64,000 bases of DNA from Octopus sinensis. Lineage: Eukaryota. The stretch lies in assembly GCF_006345805.1 (NCBI RefSeq), contig NC_043004.1:45694001-45758000 (forward strand), read 5' to 3'. The position numbers were made by a program, and so were the translations under genes. Shown here piece after piece: positions 15,290 to 29,400 of this stretch (its first letter is position 1; every line of letters starts with the position of its first letter). The notes beneath the pieces were generated by a model. The model was given only the letters and a program-made list of their open reading frames with translations, had not been told where the DNA came from and searched no databases.

Positions 15290-16830
15290 AGAGACTTTTG
15301 AAAGAGATTGACACGACTATGCATTGCGTGGAACGATTATAGAAAAGCAGATGTTAGATACCTGTTAGAAAATGCAATGCGACATAAGAGAGTGGATCTA
15401 AGGGGTATAGGAAATTTAGGTGATGTATAAATCAGAAGAGAAATTTTGTGTGTGGAGAGTTTCTCTCAAATCTTGTTTGTAATCAGATGATCCCTTTGTG
15501 GATTTCACTAAACAAAACCAAGGAGTATTTCTCAGCGTTCAAGAAGAGGGGAAAAGTAGATAATCTCCTCTTTATCGATTAAAGCTTCATGGCAAATACA
15601 AAACTCAACTGGACTTCGTATTGCAAACTAAGACTATTTAATTACGGAATGTAGAAATGTGCTACGATAGGGATGAAACGGGGAAAAGCACTAGAATAGG
15701 TCTACCCATTTATGGGAATATAAAAATTACATCTAAATATCAAATTTGAAAATGGCAAAAAAGCCAAAGGCATCTCATACAAAAATGGATCTGGACTTAT
15801 TGAATGGAGAAAGGTTAAGCTAAATGGTATCAAGAACAAAACGAAGCAGCTCAGAATGAGCAAGAGCGTTCTTCTGTAAGCCAATGTAGAACATTTATAC
15901 AGGAAGTAGAACAGAAGAAGAATGTTATTGAGTAGCGAAGAAATAATAGAATTAAAGGAAAGTGGGTTAGGTTTCTAACTGGGGAACAAGTTATTAAGAA
16001 ATTGATAAGTGTTGATATAGAATTCTCAGAGCTTAGAAAGAGAAACGAGAAAAATGAAAAAAAAAAATGGAAATTCAATTTAAAAGAAATAAACGTCATT
16101 AGGTTTTTTCTCTCCCAGTAAGACAAAAGAAATAAAGGATGATAAGGGCAGTTGACTCTGTTTAAAAAAAGATGCTTTAAAAAGGGATCTAAATAATGAT
16201 TTGAACAGGTCTTAAGAGTAAAACAGTTTAAAAATGTAACAGGTATAGAGGATTGCTCATTCAAATTTAATATGTGTAATGATTTAGACAAAATTATGTC
16301 TCACATTGTATTGGAATGTCCACATTTAGCTTACAATAAGCACAAAATGTGAACATATGATAAGATTGGTGCAGTAATTCATTGAAATTTCTGTAACAAA
16401 TTTAGTTTAGCATGTACAGAAAAGATATACATGATTTTCTGGGAATAGAAAAGAAAGTCCTCGAAAACTATGAAGTATGTACTCCGAGATTTTTCTTGTC
16501 AAACTAAAAGAAGAATAGATCTCAACAAGCTGGATATGAAGAAGAAACTATGTATTGTGATCGATAAAGCATGTCCATTTCAAATTAGAGTCAGAATAAA
16601 GGGAAAAGAAAACGTTGATTGCATCATACAGACATGAAATAAGAAATTCTCAAATGCTGCTTCTATGTAGTTAAAACAGTCATGATCCTGCCAATTATCA
16701 TTGAAGCCTTTCGAATTGTGGCAAACAATTTGATAGTAAAGTTGCGATAACTAGAACTTAACCTGTGACTAAGCGCAGTTCAGAAAACCAATTTAATTCG
16801 TTCGGCAAGAATTATCCAGAAAATCCTCGA
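15290..16830 (+). mobile_element. Decayed R4/Dong-like non-LTR element (RT pieces, CCHC knuckle, REL)
   Basis: CIAWNDYRKA (RT motif) at ~15320; MCNDLDKIMSHIVLECP (knuckle) at ~16270; REL-like IVIDKACP at ~16560. Confidence 0.65.
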
Positions 16831-16990
16831 CAGAAAGTATGAACAGATGTGAAGTGTTGAAAATAATTATATAGAAAGTACAAATCAATGCTTACAACGT
16901 TTATACAATTTAACACGTGATTAATAACAATAACAGTAGCAGCAGCAGCAAATACAACGACAACAACAACTATCACAATAATAATATTAA

Positions 16991-17197
16991 TGGTTTCAAA
17001 TGTTGGCTCAAGACCAGCTATTTCGGCGAGCGGGTCAATCGATTACATTGACCCTAGTGCTTAACTGATACTTATTTTATCGACCCCGAAAGGCTGAAGT
17101 CAACTACGGCAGAATTTGAACTTAGAACGTAAAGATGGGCGTAATGTCGCTAAGCACTATTCCGAGGATCCTAGCGATTCTACCAGCTCGCTGCCTT
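16991..17197 (-). mobile_element. SINE type A
   Basis: Colinear with the other type A copies. Confidence 0.8.
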
Positions 17198-17339
17198 GCC
17201 AAGCAAAATAGATGACGATAACGGTGTGAACGGGACTGAAATTAATGGTGAAGGTGTTGCACTCGCCAGGTCCCCCACTGTGCAGTAGGGTGAACCCGGT
17301 AGTAATCCAGCAACTGCTAGCCATAGTACAAAGCATAAG

Positions 17340-18680
17340 TGGAGTGAACAAGTAAACATGATGGTTATGAAGTGTTACTATCGGAGCACCCCAGTTGATG
17401 CGAATGGCCTGCTTTTCAGAGGGTAGAGGAAACGAATGCACAGTGAATGGAGGGCAAAGAAGCTGTTCGAAATTACTAAACAGAGATTATGTGACCAAGC
17501 AACAGCAATACGAAAGATTGGCTCGTTAACAGAATTGGAGCTAGAAGCAGTTAAAAGAAGGATATCGGGTGATGCTGGGCATGCGGGGAACGAAAGTGGT
17601 ATAGTTGAAGGGATGGACAATTGTTTGCAAACATATAACACCGTGAATTGTTTAAGAATTGAGATCAGTGATTACTCAAACTATGTCGATTAATCATAGA
17701 CAGAATGTTGAATCGAAGTAGGGGAAAACAGTCTAGGGTAGTATATAAAAAATGTCGTGGAGCCACTGTTGAAACACACGAAAAATCCGGTGTCATCAAA
17801 ACTGAAGATTGTGTAATGAAAGAAAAAATTAAACATGAAATGAACACAAAAAAAACATGGAAGAAAAAGAAAATGTAAGGTCAGTTTGCAAGAGATGTGA
17901 ACACCAAGATAGATATAGAGATCCGGTGGCTATGGATGAGGAGTGACCTGAAGATAGAGACAGAAGAACTCATGCGCAGCTCAGGAACAGGCATTAAGGA
18001 TCAATCATATGAAGTGCTGAATAGACAACACTACCGATAGCGACAAATGCAGAGTATGGTGAGAGGGGTGCAAGGGTGTGGCACATCGTTAGCAAATGTC
18101 CGAAATTGGCACAACGCAAAAAAAAAGACGCTATGACAATTTGGCAAGAATGATCCACTGAGAGCTTTGTGGAAATTATGGCCTACAAAGTGCAAAGACG
18201 TGGTAAGAACACTCCCGAAGGAGTCACCGAAAACGAGAATTGCAAAATCCTGTGGGATGCAATGAACCAATGCAATCACCCGACCAGACATCGGTAACCG
18301 GACATTGTTGCGTGAATAAAAAATAACATTTATGATAATGGACATAGCATGCCTGGTGACAACAAGATCAATGTGAAGGAAGTAAAAAATAAACAATTAT
18401 GACGATTTGTAGTGGGGAATACATGGTCAATATGAGAGTAGACGTGATGCCATTAGTAATTGGTTCACTTGGAAGTACCAACAGTCAACTACCAGCATGG
18501 CTGAAAAAGATCGGTGCAAGTGTGAAGTTATAACACCTAAAAAAATCAGCAAAACTTGAACTGCAAGAATCTCTACAGGGTTCTTGAAACATGACCAGTA
18601 AACAAGTCTCACCTTAGTCTGCTGGCTGTGGACAGCTGACACTTCCAACGTATCCATCAAAATAAGCTATTAGTTTTCAT
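17340..18680 (+). mobile_element. Internally deleted R4-clade non-LTR element ending in an (AAT)n tail
   Basis: N-terminal HSEWRAKKLFEITKQRLCDQATAIRKIG..TELELE; SDLKIETE..AAQEQAL; KCRV..WHIVSKCPKLAQ; ENENCKILWD; VMPLVIGSLG; RT core absent. Confidence 0.8.
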
Positions 18681-18713
18681 ATAATAATAATAATAATAAC
18701 AATAATAATAATG

Positions 18714-18766
<53 letters not shown>

Positions 18767-18809
18767 TATGATGATGATGATGATGATGAGGAGGAGGAGG
18801 AGGAGGAGG

Positions 18810-18903
<94 letters not shown>

Positions 18904-18912
18904 TAATAATAA
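18681..18912. repeat. Mirror-ordered compound trinucleotide repeat (AAT)(GAT)(GAG)(GAT)(AAT)
   Basis: Read directly from the sequence. Confidence 0.95.
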
Positions 18913-18929
18913 AAGCTCGAAATTGAAGT

Positions 18930-19100
18930 ATTCAAGATGAGGGGCATGGAAGTGAAGACAATACCAGTAATAATTAGAGCATTGGGCATGATAAAAAACA
19001 TATCAAAAACGTAGAAGCTATACCTGGACCTTCGATATTACACACTATCCAAAAATATTCCTGCTTGGAACAGCCCACATTATACACAAGACACTATAAA
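18930..19100 (+). mobile_element. C-terminal fragment of another REL non-LTR ORF
   Basis: MEVKTIPVIIRALGMIKK ... IQKIFLLGTAHII. Confidence 0.65.
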
Positions 19101-19464
19101 TTCACTAATACAACCCAAACAAAACAACTCACAAACACAAGACACAGTCTATATAGCAAATATCCAATAAAATAAACAACCACCAGCAGGCTAGTTAAAC
19201 AACATATTACACACACAATACACAATACAAACACTAATACAGCAAAAGACTGCCCTAGATCCCATGGCAAAAAGTAACTGACAGATTACAACACCGGGGA
19301 GTATTTGAACCTCCCCCCCAACAAACAAAACGAACACACAATGCTACACACACCCCAACAACATGCTGGTGTAGTGGGTGATGCAACAAAAAATTATCTG
19401 AAACACCAAATGTTAAGCAATAATAATGATAATAATAATAGTAACGATAATAGCACTGTTATCC

Positions 19465-19532
<68 letters not shown>

Positions 19533-20314
19533 GTTATTGTCTTTGCACAGCTTCTAACGCTGAAGATGTACTACAGTGTCAGCTGTTCACTACTTGTGAA
19601 CTAAGGTAACACCCCTTATTTTTCGCCCACTGCTTTAGTTCTACGTTATCCGTTCTCTCACTTTTGAATAGCTGGTTTCTAGATATCAAATTACAGTAAA
19701 CTATGAAAGGAGATATAGTTTACTTAGTTGCCCAATATATATAAAAAAAAAACTTTAACATTTTCGCAAAGTTATAAATCATAATAATGCATCAAGCGTA
19801 ATTGGTATGATATAAACTCATTCACACACATACGCTCACTGACACACGCACAAACACTTAAATACATATACAATAATTCAGACATGTAAAAATGTATGTA
19901 TTCGAATATGCATTATCGTCGATGGTTAACATTCCTGAGGCAAGCAATACCAGCAGTCTATATAAATATTTCTTTCTGATGTAGAAATATGTCTTTCATC
20001 TTTGTCATCAAACGTGATAAATATACTTATTTCTACACCTATCTACATACCATAATCCTAGCGTGCATCACAATTGCAATAGTTGAGTGTTCTTAAGGAG
20101 TCTAAAACTTGTTTTGTTCGCCTAATCCGTTAATATACGAGTTAAATATATATCGTGATAATTTAGCAAGAGTAATTTATGCTTTTGAACGATGGTGCCT
20201 CTTTCGCTCACCAGCATTCTCTATTAGTGCCTTGTTATATAGCTACATTCATGCATACACGTATGTGCATACATGCGCACGTGCACACGTATGTACGTAT
20301 GTTTGTATGTATGT

Positions 20315-20650
20315 GAAGGCGCGTGGCTCAGTAGTTAGAGCGTCGAGCTTACAATCGTGAGGTTGTGAGCTCGAATCCCGGACCGGGCTGCGTGTTGTGT
20401 TTTTGAGCAAGACGCTTTGCTTCACGTTGCTCCAGTTCACTCAGCTGTAGAAATGAGTTGCGACGTCACAGGTACCAAGCTGTATTGGTCTTTGCCTTTC
20501 CCTTGGATAACACTGGTGACGTGGAGAGGGGAAGTTGGTATGCATGGGCGACTGCTAGTCTTCCATAAACAACCTTGCCCGGACTTTGCCTGGCGGGGGG
20601 TAACTTTCTAGGTGGAAGCCCATGGTTAGTGTCTGACCGAAGGGGGTCAC
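20315..20650 (+). mobile_element. tRNA-headed SINE, type D, inside a (TATG)n tract
   Basis: A box TGGCTCAGTAG, B-box-like GCTCGAATCC; sister copy at 50178; head and core shared with type C. Confidence 0.9.
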
Positions 20651-20992
20651 ACATGTATGTATGTATGTATGTATGTATGTATGTATGTATGTATGTATGT
20701 ATGTATGTATGTATGTATTTATGTACGTACGTGCGTACGTACGTATGTGTGTATGGAACGAGCTAACAGGAATAATTCAGAGAGGTTAGTGGCATGGAAT
20801 TAAATGAAAAAGATGAAGGGGGATATACTAAATACCATAAAAAAGAAACGCTTAATTCATTGAAATTATCTCTTTCGAGAGAAGGTAGACAAAATTTCCA
20901 GTGTCAATTTCAGTCGACTATAAATAAGAAATAAACTCAAGAAAAATCTCCCAAACTCTAGTATTAACATGTCCCTAGGGAAAGAGGATCTA

Positions 20993-20993
20993 C

Positions 20994-21067
<74 letters not shown>

Positions 21068-21190
21068 GTCTGTCTGTCTGTCTGTCTGTCTGTATGTCTG
21101 TATGTCTGTCTGTCAGTCTGTCTGTCTGTCAGTCTGTCTGTCTGTTTATATATGTATATATGTATATAAATATCTATCTACCTATCTATC

Positions 21191-21236
<46 letters not shown>

Positions 21237-21337
21237 TTATCTATCTATCTATCTGTCTGTCTGTCTGTCTGTATGTATGTCTGTATGTCTGTCTGTCAGT
21301 CTGTCTGTCTGTTTATATATGTATATATGTATATAAA

Positions 21338-21382
<45 letters not shown>

Positions 21383-21449
21383 GTCTGTCTGTCTGTCTGT
21401 CTGCATGTCTGTATGTCTGTCTGTTTATATATGTATATATGTATATAAA

Positions 21450-21490
<41 letters not shown>

Positions 21491-21575
21491 CTATCTATCT
21501 ATCTATCTGTCTGTCTGTCTGTCTGTCTGCATGTCTGTATGTCTGTCTGTTTATATATGTATATATGTATATAAA

Positions 21576-21672
<97 letters not shown>

Positions 21673-21725
21673 GTCTGTCTGTCAGTCTGTCTATCTGTTT
21701 ATATTTGTATATAAATATCTATCTA
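20993..21725. repeat. Higher-order microsatellite: about 5 x [(TCTA)n(TCTG)n + tttatatatgtatatatgtatataaata]
   Basis: Spacer recurs at ~21145, 21312, 21422, 21550 and, as a variant, at 21697. Confidence 0.9.
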
Positions 21726-21899
21726 TGTGGTTTTATGCATTATTCTTCCTGTACTATTCTTCAGCTAATTTTTTTTTCTATTTAAAATGATAAAAAAATT
21801 TGAAAAAATGAAATATAGTAGGATATTTACTTAACCTAAAAGTCACAGAGAACACGAAGTGTGTAAATATTGACGCAAATCTTACCTCAAGTAAATGCA

Positions 21900-22560
21900 G
21901 CCTGTTTGATAACCCAAACGAAGAAACTACCTACATTAATACAGTCACAAACCACCCACTATCAATCATTAAATCACTTACAATTACTATTAGCTGGTGT
22001 ATTTCTAGTTTAACCATGGATTAAAAACAACCTGCATTAAAGCCTTTCTATATATCACAACTTTACTGAAAATATTGCACATACTGAACGTACGCCAAAA
22101 TAGATTCCAACGACGTAGAATGATGCCAGAGTTTAGTTCATCATACCAAAATTCTGTTAAAATTTGTTATAGCTACATCCCTATAATAAGTTCACAGATC
22201 TTTACAATAATTTAAACTCCTCACAACAATTATTTAACTTCAGATGAATGACATTCCCGATATTGGCGGCATGACAAAGCCTCTCAAGTAAAGATTCACA
22301 TAACATGTAGCTTCTCTCAGTACTAGAAGCAAGCGTAATGCGATATTATTATCTGGATTTTAATGGAATCAAGAGGTATGCAGAATGGATAATCCACGCA
22401 TGAATTGTGAGAGCTTTGCTAAAATCAGTAAATATAACGTACGAAATATTGACCTTGGCGGTAAAACGCAGAAGGGAACAAACATTATCACCACCCCATA
22501 TATAAAACGCTTTGAATTTCGAAACTTTAAACACGTTCCAGGCGTAATCGTACCTCAAGT
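21900..22560 (-). mobile_element. Possible highly decayed CR1/L2-type RT fragment
   Basis: VIFTDFSKA resembles the RT motif D.I.TDFSKAFD; downstream similarity is weak. Confidence 0.3.
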
Positions 22561-22786
22561 TCAACCCAGCAATCTCCGGCTTTTTTTCCTACCTACCACT
22601 CAATCCGCAACATAAAAGCACAAGAAATTTAGCACACCTTTATACCATATTCATCACTATATATCTTAAACTCCCCTTCCATCAGAACGCTCTCATCGTA
22701 ACAATTATATGCATATATGAAAAAGAAAATCATGTACAAGACATCAATAACGCTACTGCATATAAGCTTCACACAAATATATAATG

Positions 22787-22815
22787 ACTAGCAAACGCAC
22801 CCGTCCTTCGGACGG
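22787..22815 (-). mobile_element. Helitron-type 3' terminus
   Basis: Hairpin ccgtcc-gaa-ggacgg followed about 10 nt later by CTAG|T on the minus strand. Confidence 0.6.
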
Positions 22816-23926
22816 TTTAAGTTGCTTTCGTGGTATTTTTTTCACCAAATAATTGAACTACCGAGAAGGTTTATACGTAGCATGGCAATCTGTTTACGAT
22901 TAAGCTAGGAACGGAAAATCAAATTGAAGGCTGGTTATTGTAGAGGTCATTGCACTTTTAATGATCATAGAACATATAAATTTTCAAGCCATGTAAAGTA
23001 GAGCTGCTGAAGTGTTTGGGGAGTAGATTACAGATAATGACTACAAAATATAATTGTTTTACATGAAAGCGAAATTTCTTGTCAGAAACAGCCACATAAA
23101 TGGTGTAAGGAAATTGAAGGAAAATGTTGAAACTTTTATCCACATACAGGAAACATACTCGTATAATTGCATAGGTTTGATTTCACAGCCATAGAAACTA
23201 CCACTGTTTATTTAGCATTAGTAAACAAGAAATATGGAAAATACTAGGAATTTTATATTTTGTACCTTGGTTTTTGTGCAGGGCATTGAATTTAATATAA
23301 ATACAAATTGAGTGATTAGATATCTACTATATAAAATATTTTGTGGACTTATACTCATATCAGATTCGGGAGACAAACGTACCAGGAAGTAACTTACGAA
23401 TAGATATATTCTCTAATGCAGAAACAGACTTTCCTTCAGTTACCGCCACAAGAAGTACTCTGCTGAACTTCCTTTCTTAGTTCCAGATCACTTTGTGCCA
23501 TCTCTTCTGATCTGAAACTCCCAGTGGCGTCTTCATCAAATACTGTTGTACTTTCCCGGATAAGGAAGTCTTATTATGTGCAACTCATTCAAGACTAAAG
23601 TAAATTTATTGCTTACGCCTTAATTTCTCATTCCTCATAGCCCTTACTCTAAGTGGCTTTTCACCTTGCTTAGGGTTTTCTTGTAATAAAAATGCTGCCC
23701 ATAACCATCTCTGAATTGAAATAACACAATAGCTACTGAGGAATTGCACTTGATAATCGTTATTCAGTCACAAAACACGAGCAGAGGCCAAGTGTGAAAC
23801 AATGCTTTACTGCAGAGCTTAAGTTATATTTTAACAAATGAAGTAACAAATGTATCAATATGTTTGTATACAAAGGCATATAAAGACGTATATGCCAACA
23901 TACTCCATAAACATGTACATACATTA

Positions 23927-25050
23927 TCAGGTCATCCCATAAATTCTGTCCGATTTTACTTTTTTTTAAAATTGAATGAAATTTAATAGTATTTTAGAAT
24001 GTCTAATGGAATTTAGAATTATTTTTATGCATTTGTGTACACTTAAACTAATTAAATATTATTTTACAGAATAATAGACTTAAAATTTCTTTGATTAAAA
24101 CCCTTTCTAACATGGAAGTATCCAAAGAGCATTTGAGGCCCTTAATGCTTTATGAGTACAAAAAAGGAAACTCTGCAGGCGAAGCTACTCGAAGCATACA
24201 CTGAGTTTATGGGAAAGAGTGCTTGAATGAAATAACATGCAGAAGATGGTTTGCAAAGTTCAGAAGTGGAAATTTCAGCCTTCAAGATGAGAATCGAACA
24301 TGACGTCCTGTTGAGTTTGATGATAAGCTCCTTGAGGCATTACTTGAAGAAAATCCTGCATTATCAGTTGATGAATTGGCAATACAACTGTTCATCGTCA
24401 TCTTCAACAACTTACAAAGGTTCCTAAACTAAGAAAATGGGTGCCTTAGGAATTGTCCGAAAGCAACCGCAAATCCCGAGTTGACAGCTGCTCTTCTGTC
24501 CATTCTCACGAATTCATTTCACCCTTTTTAGATAGACTTGTGACTGGTGACGAAAAATGGATCTTCTATCGAAATGTTAAACGTCGTAAACAGTGGCTTG
24601 GTAAAAGGGAAAAAGCTCAAGCACAACCGAGAAGGGAATTTCATGGGAAAAAAAGGTTCTTCTCTCTATATTGTGGAATTGCAAATGAGTAATTCACTTT
24701 GAATTGTTATCACCTAATGCAACAATCAATGCTCAAGTCTGCTGCCAGCAGTTAGAGCATTTGAACCAAGCTTTGAAGAAAAAAAAAAGACCCGCTTTAG
24801 TGAATTGAAAAGGAATGATGTTTCATCAGAACAATGCGCGACCCCACACTGCAAAGATCACACCGCAAAAGATCGAAGAGCTTGATTGGGAAAAAATTAT
24901 TTATCCACCTTATTCTCCCGACCTTACTCCTTCAAACAACCATTTGTTTCACAGTTTACAGAATCATTTGTTGGACATAACTTTCGCAAGCTAGAATGGA
25001 CGTCGAAACTGACATTTCAGAGTTCTTCGCTTTGAAACCAAGAGAGTTTT
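23927..25050 (+). mobile_element. Decayed mariner, 3'-truncated
   Basis: TA + TIR tcaggtcatcccataaa; ATG 24112 MEVSKEHLR; RLVTGDEKW, HQNNARPH, HPPYSPDL; stops and frameshifts. Confidence 0.9.
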
Positions 25051-25687
25051 AGATATATACGAAAACAAACTAGTTCAATACGCACACAACGAGGGAAAAT
25101 GGAAAACAAGACAAGTAATACAGAGAACGACTCTTCATCAGTTGTCGGCTGTCTATCTACTCCTCATTTCGAGCATTCAGCGACAATACGAGTCTACGAA
25201 GACAGTTGCTCCCATAAATCCCAAAATAAAATTTTGAATTTATGGAGGGTCAAAGTTGGGAGCAAAAACAGGACAGTGGAAACATACAAAGAAACCAAAG
25301 GAAAGCAAACATGGAGAGTCGTTAGACCAGAAGGAGAGGAAAATAGTGAATGCTAGGAGAAATATTTTCTTTGAAAAGTGAAAAGATAGCGGAGAGCGAA
25401 AAAGAAATGTAGAAGAGGGAGATAGATAAAATACGTCTAGTCCTTAGAACGTCGAGCAGGAAAAGATGTGGTTACGCGAGGAAAAGAAAGATGGACGATG
25501 GTCACGTGTGAGTAACAAGATAGAGAAAAAGAGAAAAAGGAGAGAGACACACACAGATGGAAAATGGTGAAGGGGAGAAAAAAAGGAATTAGAGGATAGG
25601 GGGAAAACAGTATAGAGTAGAGTCACATAAAAAAGGTTAAGATAAACTTACTTGGAAATGGATACGTGTAGTTGAAATGAATAGTAT

Positions 25688-25989
<302 letters not shown>

Positions 25990-26077
25990 TATATATATAT
26001 ATATATGCATATATGGGTACAGGACGTCACTAAGTCTGTAAACAAGATGAAGTACGAAAGCAAACGAATATATATAT

Positions 26078-26123
<46 letters not shown>

Positions 26124-26649
26124 TATATGAATATATGAATATTTCATTTCGATGAATATTTCAGTATAGATATATTGATATTTATATTAATAGATCCAAC
26201 TTACACAGAATACAAACGACAGAGACTCTTTTTAAGTGTGTGTGTTTGTTTGTTTGTGTGTGTGTGTGTTTCCTCACTTACTGTTGCCCACATGTGACGT
26301 ACATATACAAAATTCTAGCAAGTGTGCACAATAAATATTGCGCTTTAAGTCCAATACTGAAATATAGTATATAGTAGGCCTCAAATGATTTCTACTACAT
26401 ATACACTATTCTGTATTGAATATAAACACGCAGGTGATATATTAATTGTACAATTATGTATCATGTTATTATTTATAGATTATCAAGTTGGAACGTTTCT
26501 TGTTTCCATAAGACACTTTCCACTCCGAACACGCTTTTATGGCCAACATACTACATGAGGGAAATCAACCAATACCATCGACTCTTAATGAATGCTTCGC
26601 TTCACTTACATAGCCAGTCCCTTTGTTTTATATCATCTGTAATCTGATG

Positions 26650-27010
26650 AAATCTCGTATTGAACTCTCGCATAAAAGAAGGCAGAGCTGTCGCTTTTAT
26701 TCGAACTGCGATTGAATAATTGTAAAATCATTCATCTGCGACTATTGGTATCGTATTGGCAGCAGTCTACTATTAGCAAAATACAGTTATCCACCAATAC
26801 GTTGTTCACTACTCAGTCTTAAAATCTCTTACTAACAGGTTTACATATACGTGCGCGCACACGTTCAAATACACATACACACATATGTGTGTGTATGCAT
26901 GTGTATAGATGAATGCATGTATGTACGTCTATGTGTGCGTGTGTGTATATATATATATAGAGAGAAAGAGTGAGATATATAGGTAGATAGACAGATAGAT
27001 TGATAGATAG

Positions 27011-27103
<93 letters not shown>

Positions 27104-27810
27104 AGCGCGTATATACATATATATATGTATACTCTCAATTTATGTCCATGAAAAAAAGAAACGATTTTATTCGTTTATGCATTGCTTTGCTTCAACAAAA
27201 ACAGTCAAGTTTCCGAATGTATATGAATATTTTGGTTGACTCTTATTCAGCTAATAAACCCTTCTCTAATCACCATGGTATTTACCACCCGAATTCTTGA
27301 CAGAAAGTAGAGTTTGGATTAAGAATAATGAGAAGTTGAAACATTAGTCACTGTAAAATCTCATATGCCACTATTTTCCCACTTCTAATTCTTGAGCTTG
27401 ATGTATTAAGCATTCTCACTTCCATAAATATGCCAGTAATATTTATTCAGTGCAGGTGTTCCAATATTTATATGAATGTATCAATGATGACAGATGCAAG
27501 ATCATTACTTTTACGAATGATAAATTTGGTCGGCACTGTAATTTAAACAGTGAAAAATGAAAAATTTCCGTATAAAATTGAAAAGTACACATCAACCAAC
27601 TCTCAAATGATTAATACATATGGTACAGTGGTAAGACAACACTGTATATTACGCGTATATGTAGTATAATTCAATATTAAAACAGTCAAAATGACATTAA
27701 TATTCATCTTAGAAATTCGGCAAGTCCAACAGTAACTTTTTCCTGGTGATGTGCTGGTAATTTTGTGCACCAATAGCGTTTTACTGATATTTAATAGTAA
27801 ATTAATAGTC
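26650..27810 (-). pseudogene. Putative decayed 7TM (LGR-like) TM4-TM7 relic
   Basis: Hydrophobic frame ...CLTTVPYVLII..YFSILYGNFSF...LIILNP...IPW*LEKGLL, then WITVF / LLPI after the (GATA)n tract. Confidence 0.35.
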
Positions 27811-27814
27811 ATAC

Positions 27815-27975
27815 GTGCAGATAGATCGCTAGCAACTACACATTCTTTATTTTCACTTCTTGTTTCTGTGGAAGAGCGTACGCTCGAAACGTCAAAAACT
27901 TTTTCACTTCCCGAGTGTTATACTAATACATCTGTTTGTTGTCTTCGTATTTTGTTTTGTTTTGTGAATTCTCCC
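27815..27975 (+). mobile_element. Penelope-like terminal repeat fragment with a hammerhead-like motif
   Basis: ctgtggaagagcgtacgctcgaaacgtc at 27866-27893; related copy at 59425-59620. Confidence 0.6.
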
Positions 27976-28410
27976 CATACACATACATACTTACATATAT
28001 GCTTACATGCATAGATATAGGCATTCATTCATACCTACCTACATACATACATGCATACATACACATATATATACATACATAATTATATACCTGCAAACCT
28101 GAATACAAACATAAATGCATTCCCATATATATATACTTGATGAATATACAAAGCAAAACATCTTCAGAATAAAAGATGGACATTTAAATACATAATCAGA
28201 GTAGATGTGCGAGTAATATTTGAGGAGGTATTTAATAATTTAATAAAACTGTAATCTAGCAAAAACGAAATGTGCTTTGATAAAAATTGGTGCACGTTTT
28301 CTCGATAAGGTTTCTTATAACATTATTCCACGAGTTCGCCTTTAACTTCCCATGATTGTTTCAATGTGAGATCAGAATCATTGACATGCCTGCACTGAAT
28401 TGTTTGTGTC

Positions 28411-28622
28411 GAGCTGGCAGAATCGTTAGCACGCTGGACGAAATGCTTAGCAGTATTTCGTCTGTTGCTACGTTCTGAGTACAAATTCCACCAATGTTGA
28501 CTCTGCTTTTCATCCTTTCGGGGTTGATAATTTAAGTACAAGTGAAACACTGGGGTCGATGGGATCGACTAGTTCTCTTCCCCAAAATTCAGATCTTGTG
28601 TCTATAAGTAGAAAGTATTATT
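28411..28622 (+). mobile_element. SINE type A
   Basis: gagctggcagaatcgttagcac head; core tttcatcctttcggg. Confidence 0.85.
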
Positions 28623-28639
28623 TCGGATATTATCTGGAC

Positions 28640-29400
28640 AATGGTAACTTTCAAGGAGGATGTCGATATAAATCTCTTTCATTCCAAGCGTTGTAAATCA
28701 TGATAGTTAAATTTGGCAAGTTTTGTGTTATATGATTGCGGAAGTTACCTGACATCCATCCTCAGGCTACGTGGGTGCTGAGTTTTGTTGAAACACGTAC
28801 GACCTTCAAATGCGTACCTCATTAATCGAGGGCTTAACAACTGTCTCCGCCTCGTCAGTGTATCCAGCAGCATTAATTCTAAGACATGTTGGAAACACGC
28901 GAGCTGGTATGACATGATATTTGTTACTCACAACTTATAACACAATCGCAGATACAGGTATGTTCACCAGTCTGGGGGCATTAGCTGAATCTACACATAA
29001 CCATTTGTCATTTATTCTGTTAGTCTTTTTGTCTTGATCAAATTTTCTTCATCAGATAATAATCAAAGCATGTAATGCTCGAGACGGTTTTTAACCTCTT
29101 TAAGTAATCGTTTGGCATTGGTCGAACGTTTTTCCTGTGTCTCTGCGGACATGAATTGTCTTCTCCTCAGTACCTACCATTTGCATGGAACATCCTCGTG
29201 TACCAAAGGTCTTTCGGTCCACACCGACGTCTGACGTTTTTGGTGATGGCTCTCATTAATATCCCGAGATCATCATCGATCTCGAAATTTTCTAACGTCA
29301 TTTTCTCTCTTCTTGGCGCATTTGGCTATGTTTGCAAACGTCTAAATAGAAATCTTGAAAAAATTTAGTGTTTTCAGACAAAGAATGTGATTAGCTGCCA
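28640..29400 (-). mobile_element. Decayed Tc1/mariner transposase of the DD37D (maT-like) type
   Basis: VLRRRQFMSAETQEKR..AKRLL; LSDEENFDQDKK.NRINDKWLC; ETVVKP; YVFQQNSAP. Confidence 0.7.

Noticed and set aside
18657-19001. Poly-Y/H/P and poly-I/M/R ORFs
   Set aside because: Produced by the compound trinucleotide repeat; no flanking coding context
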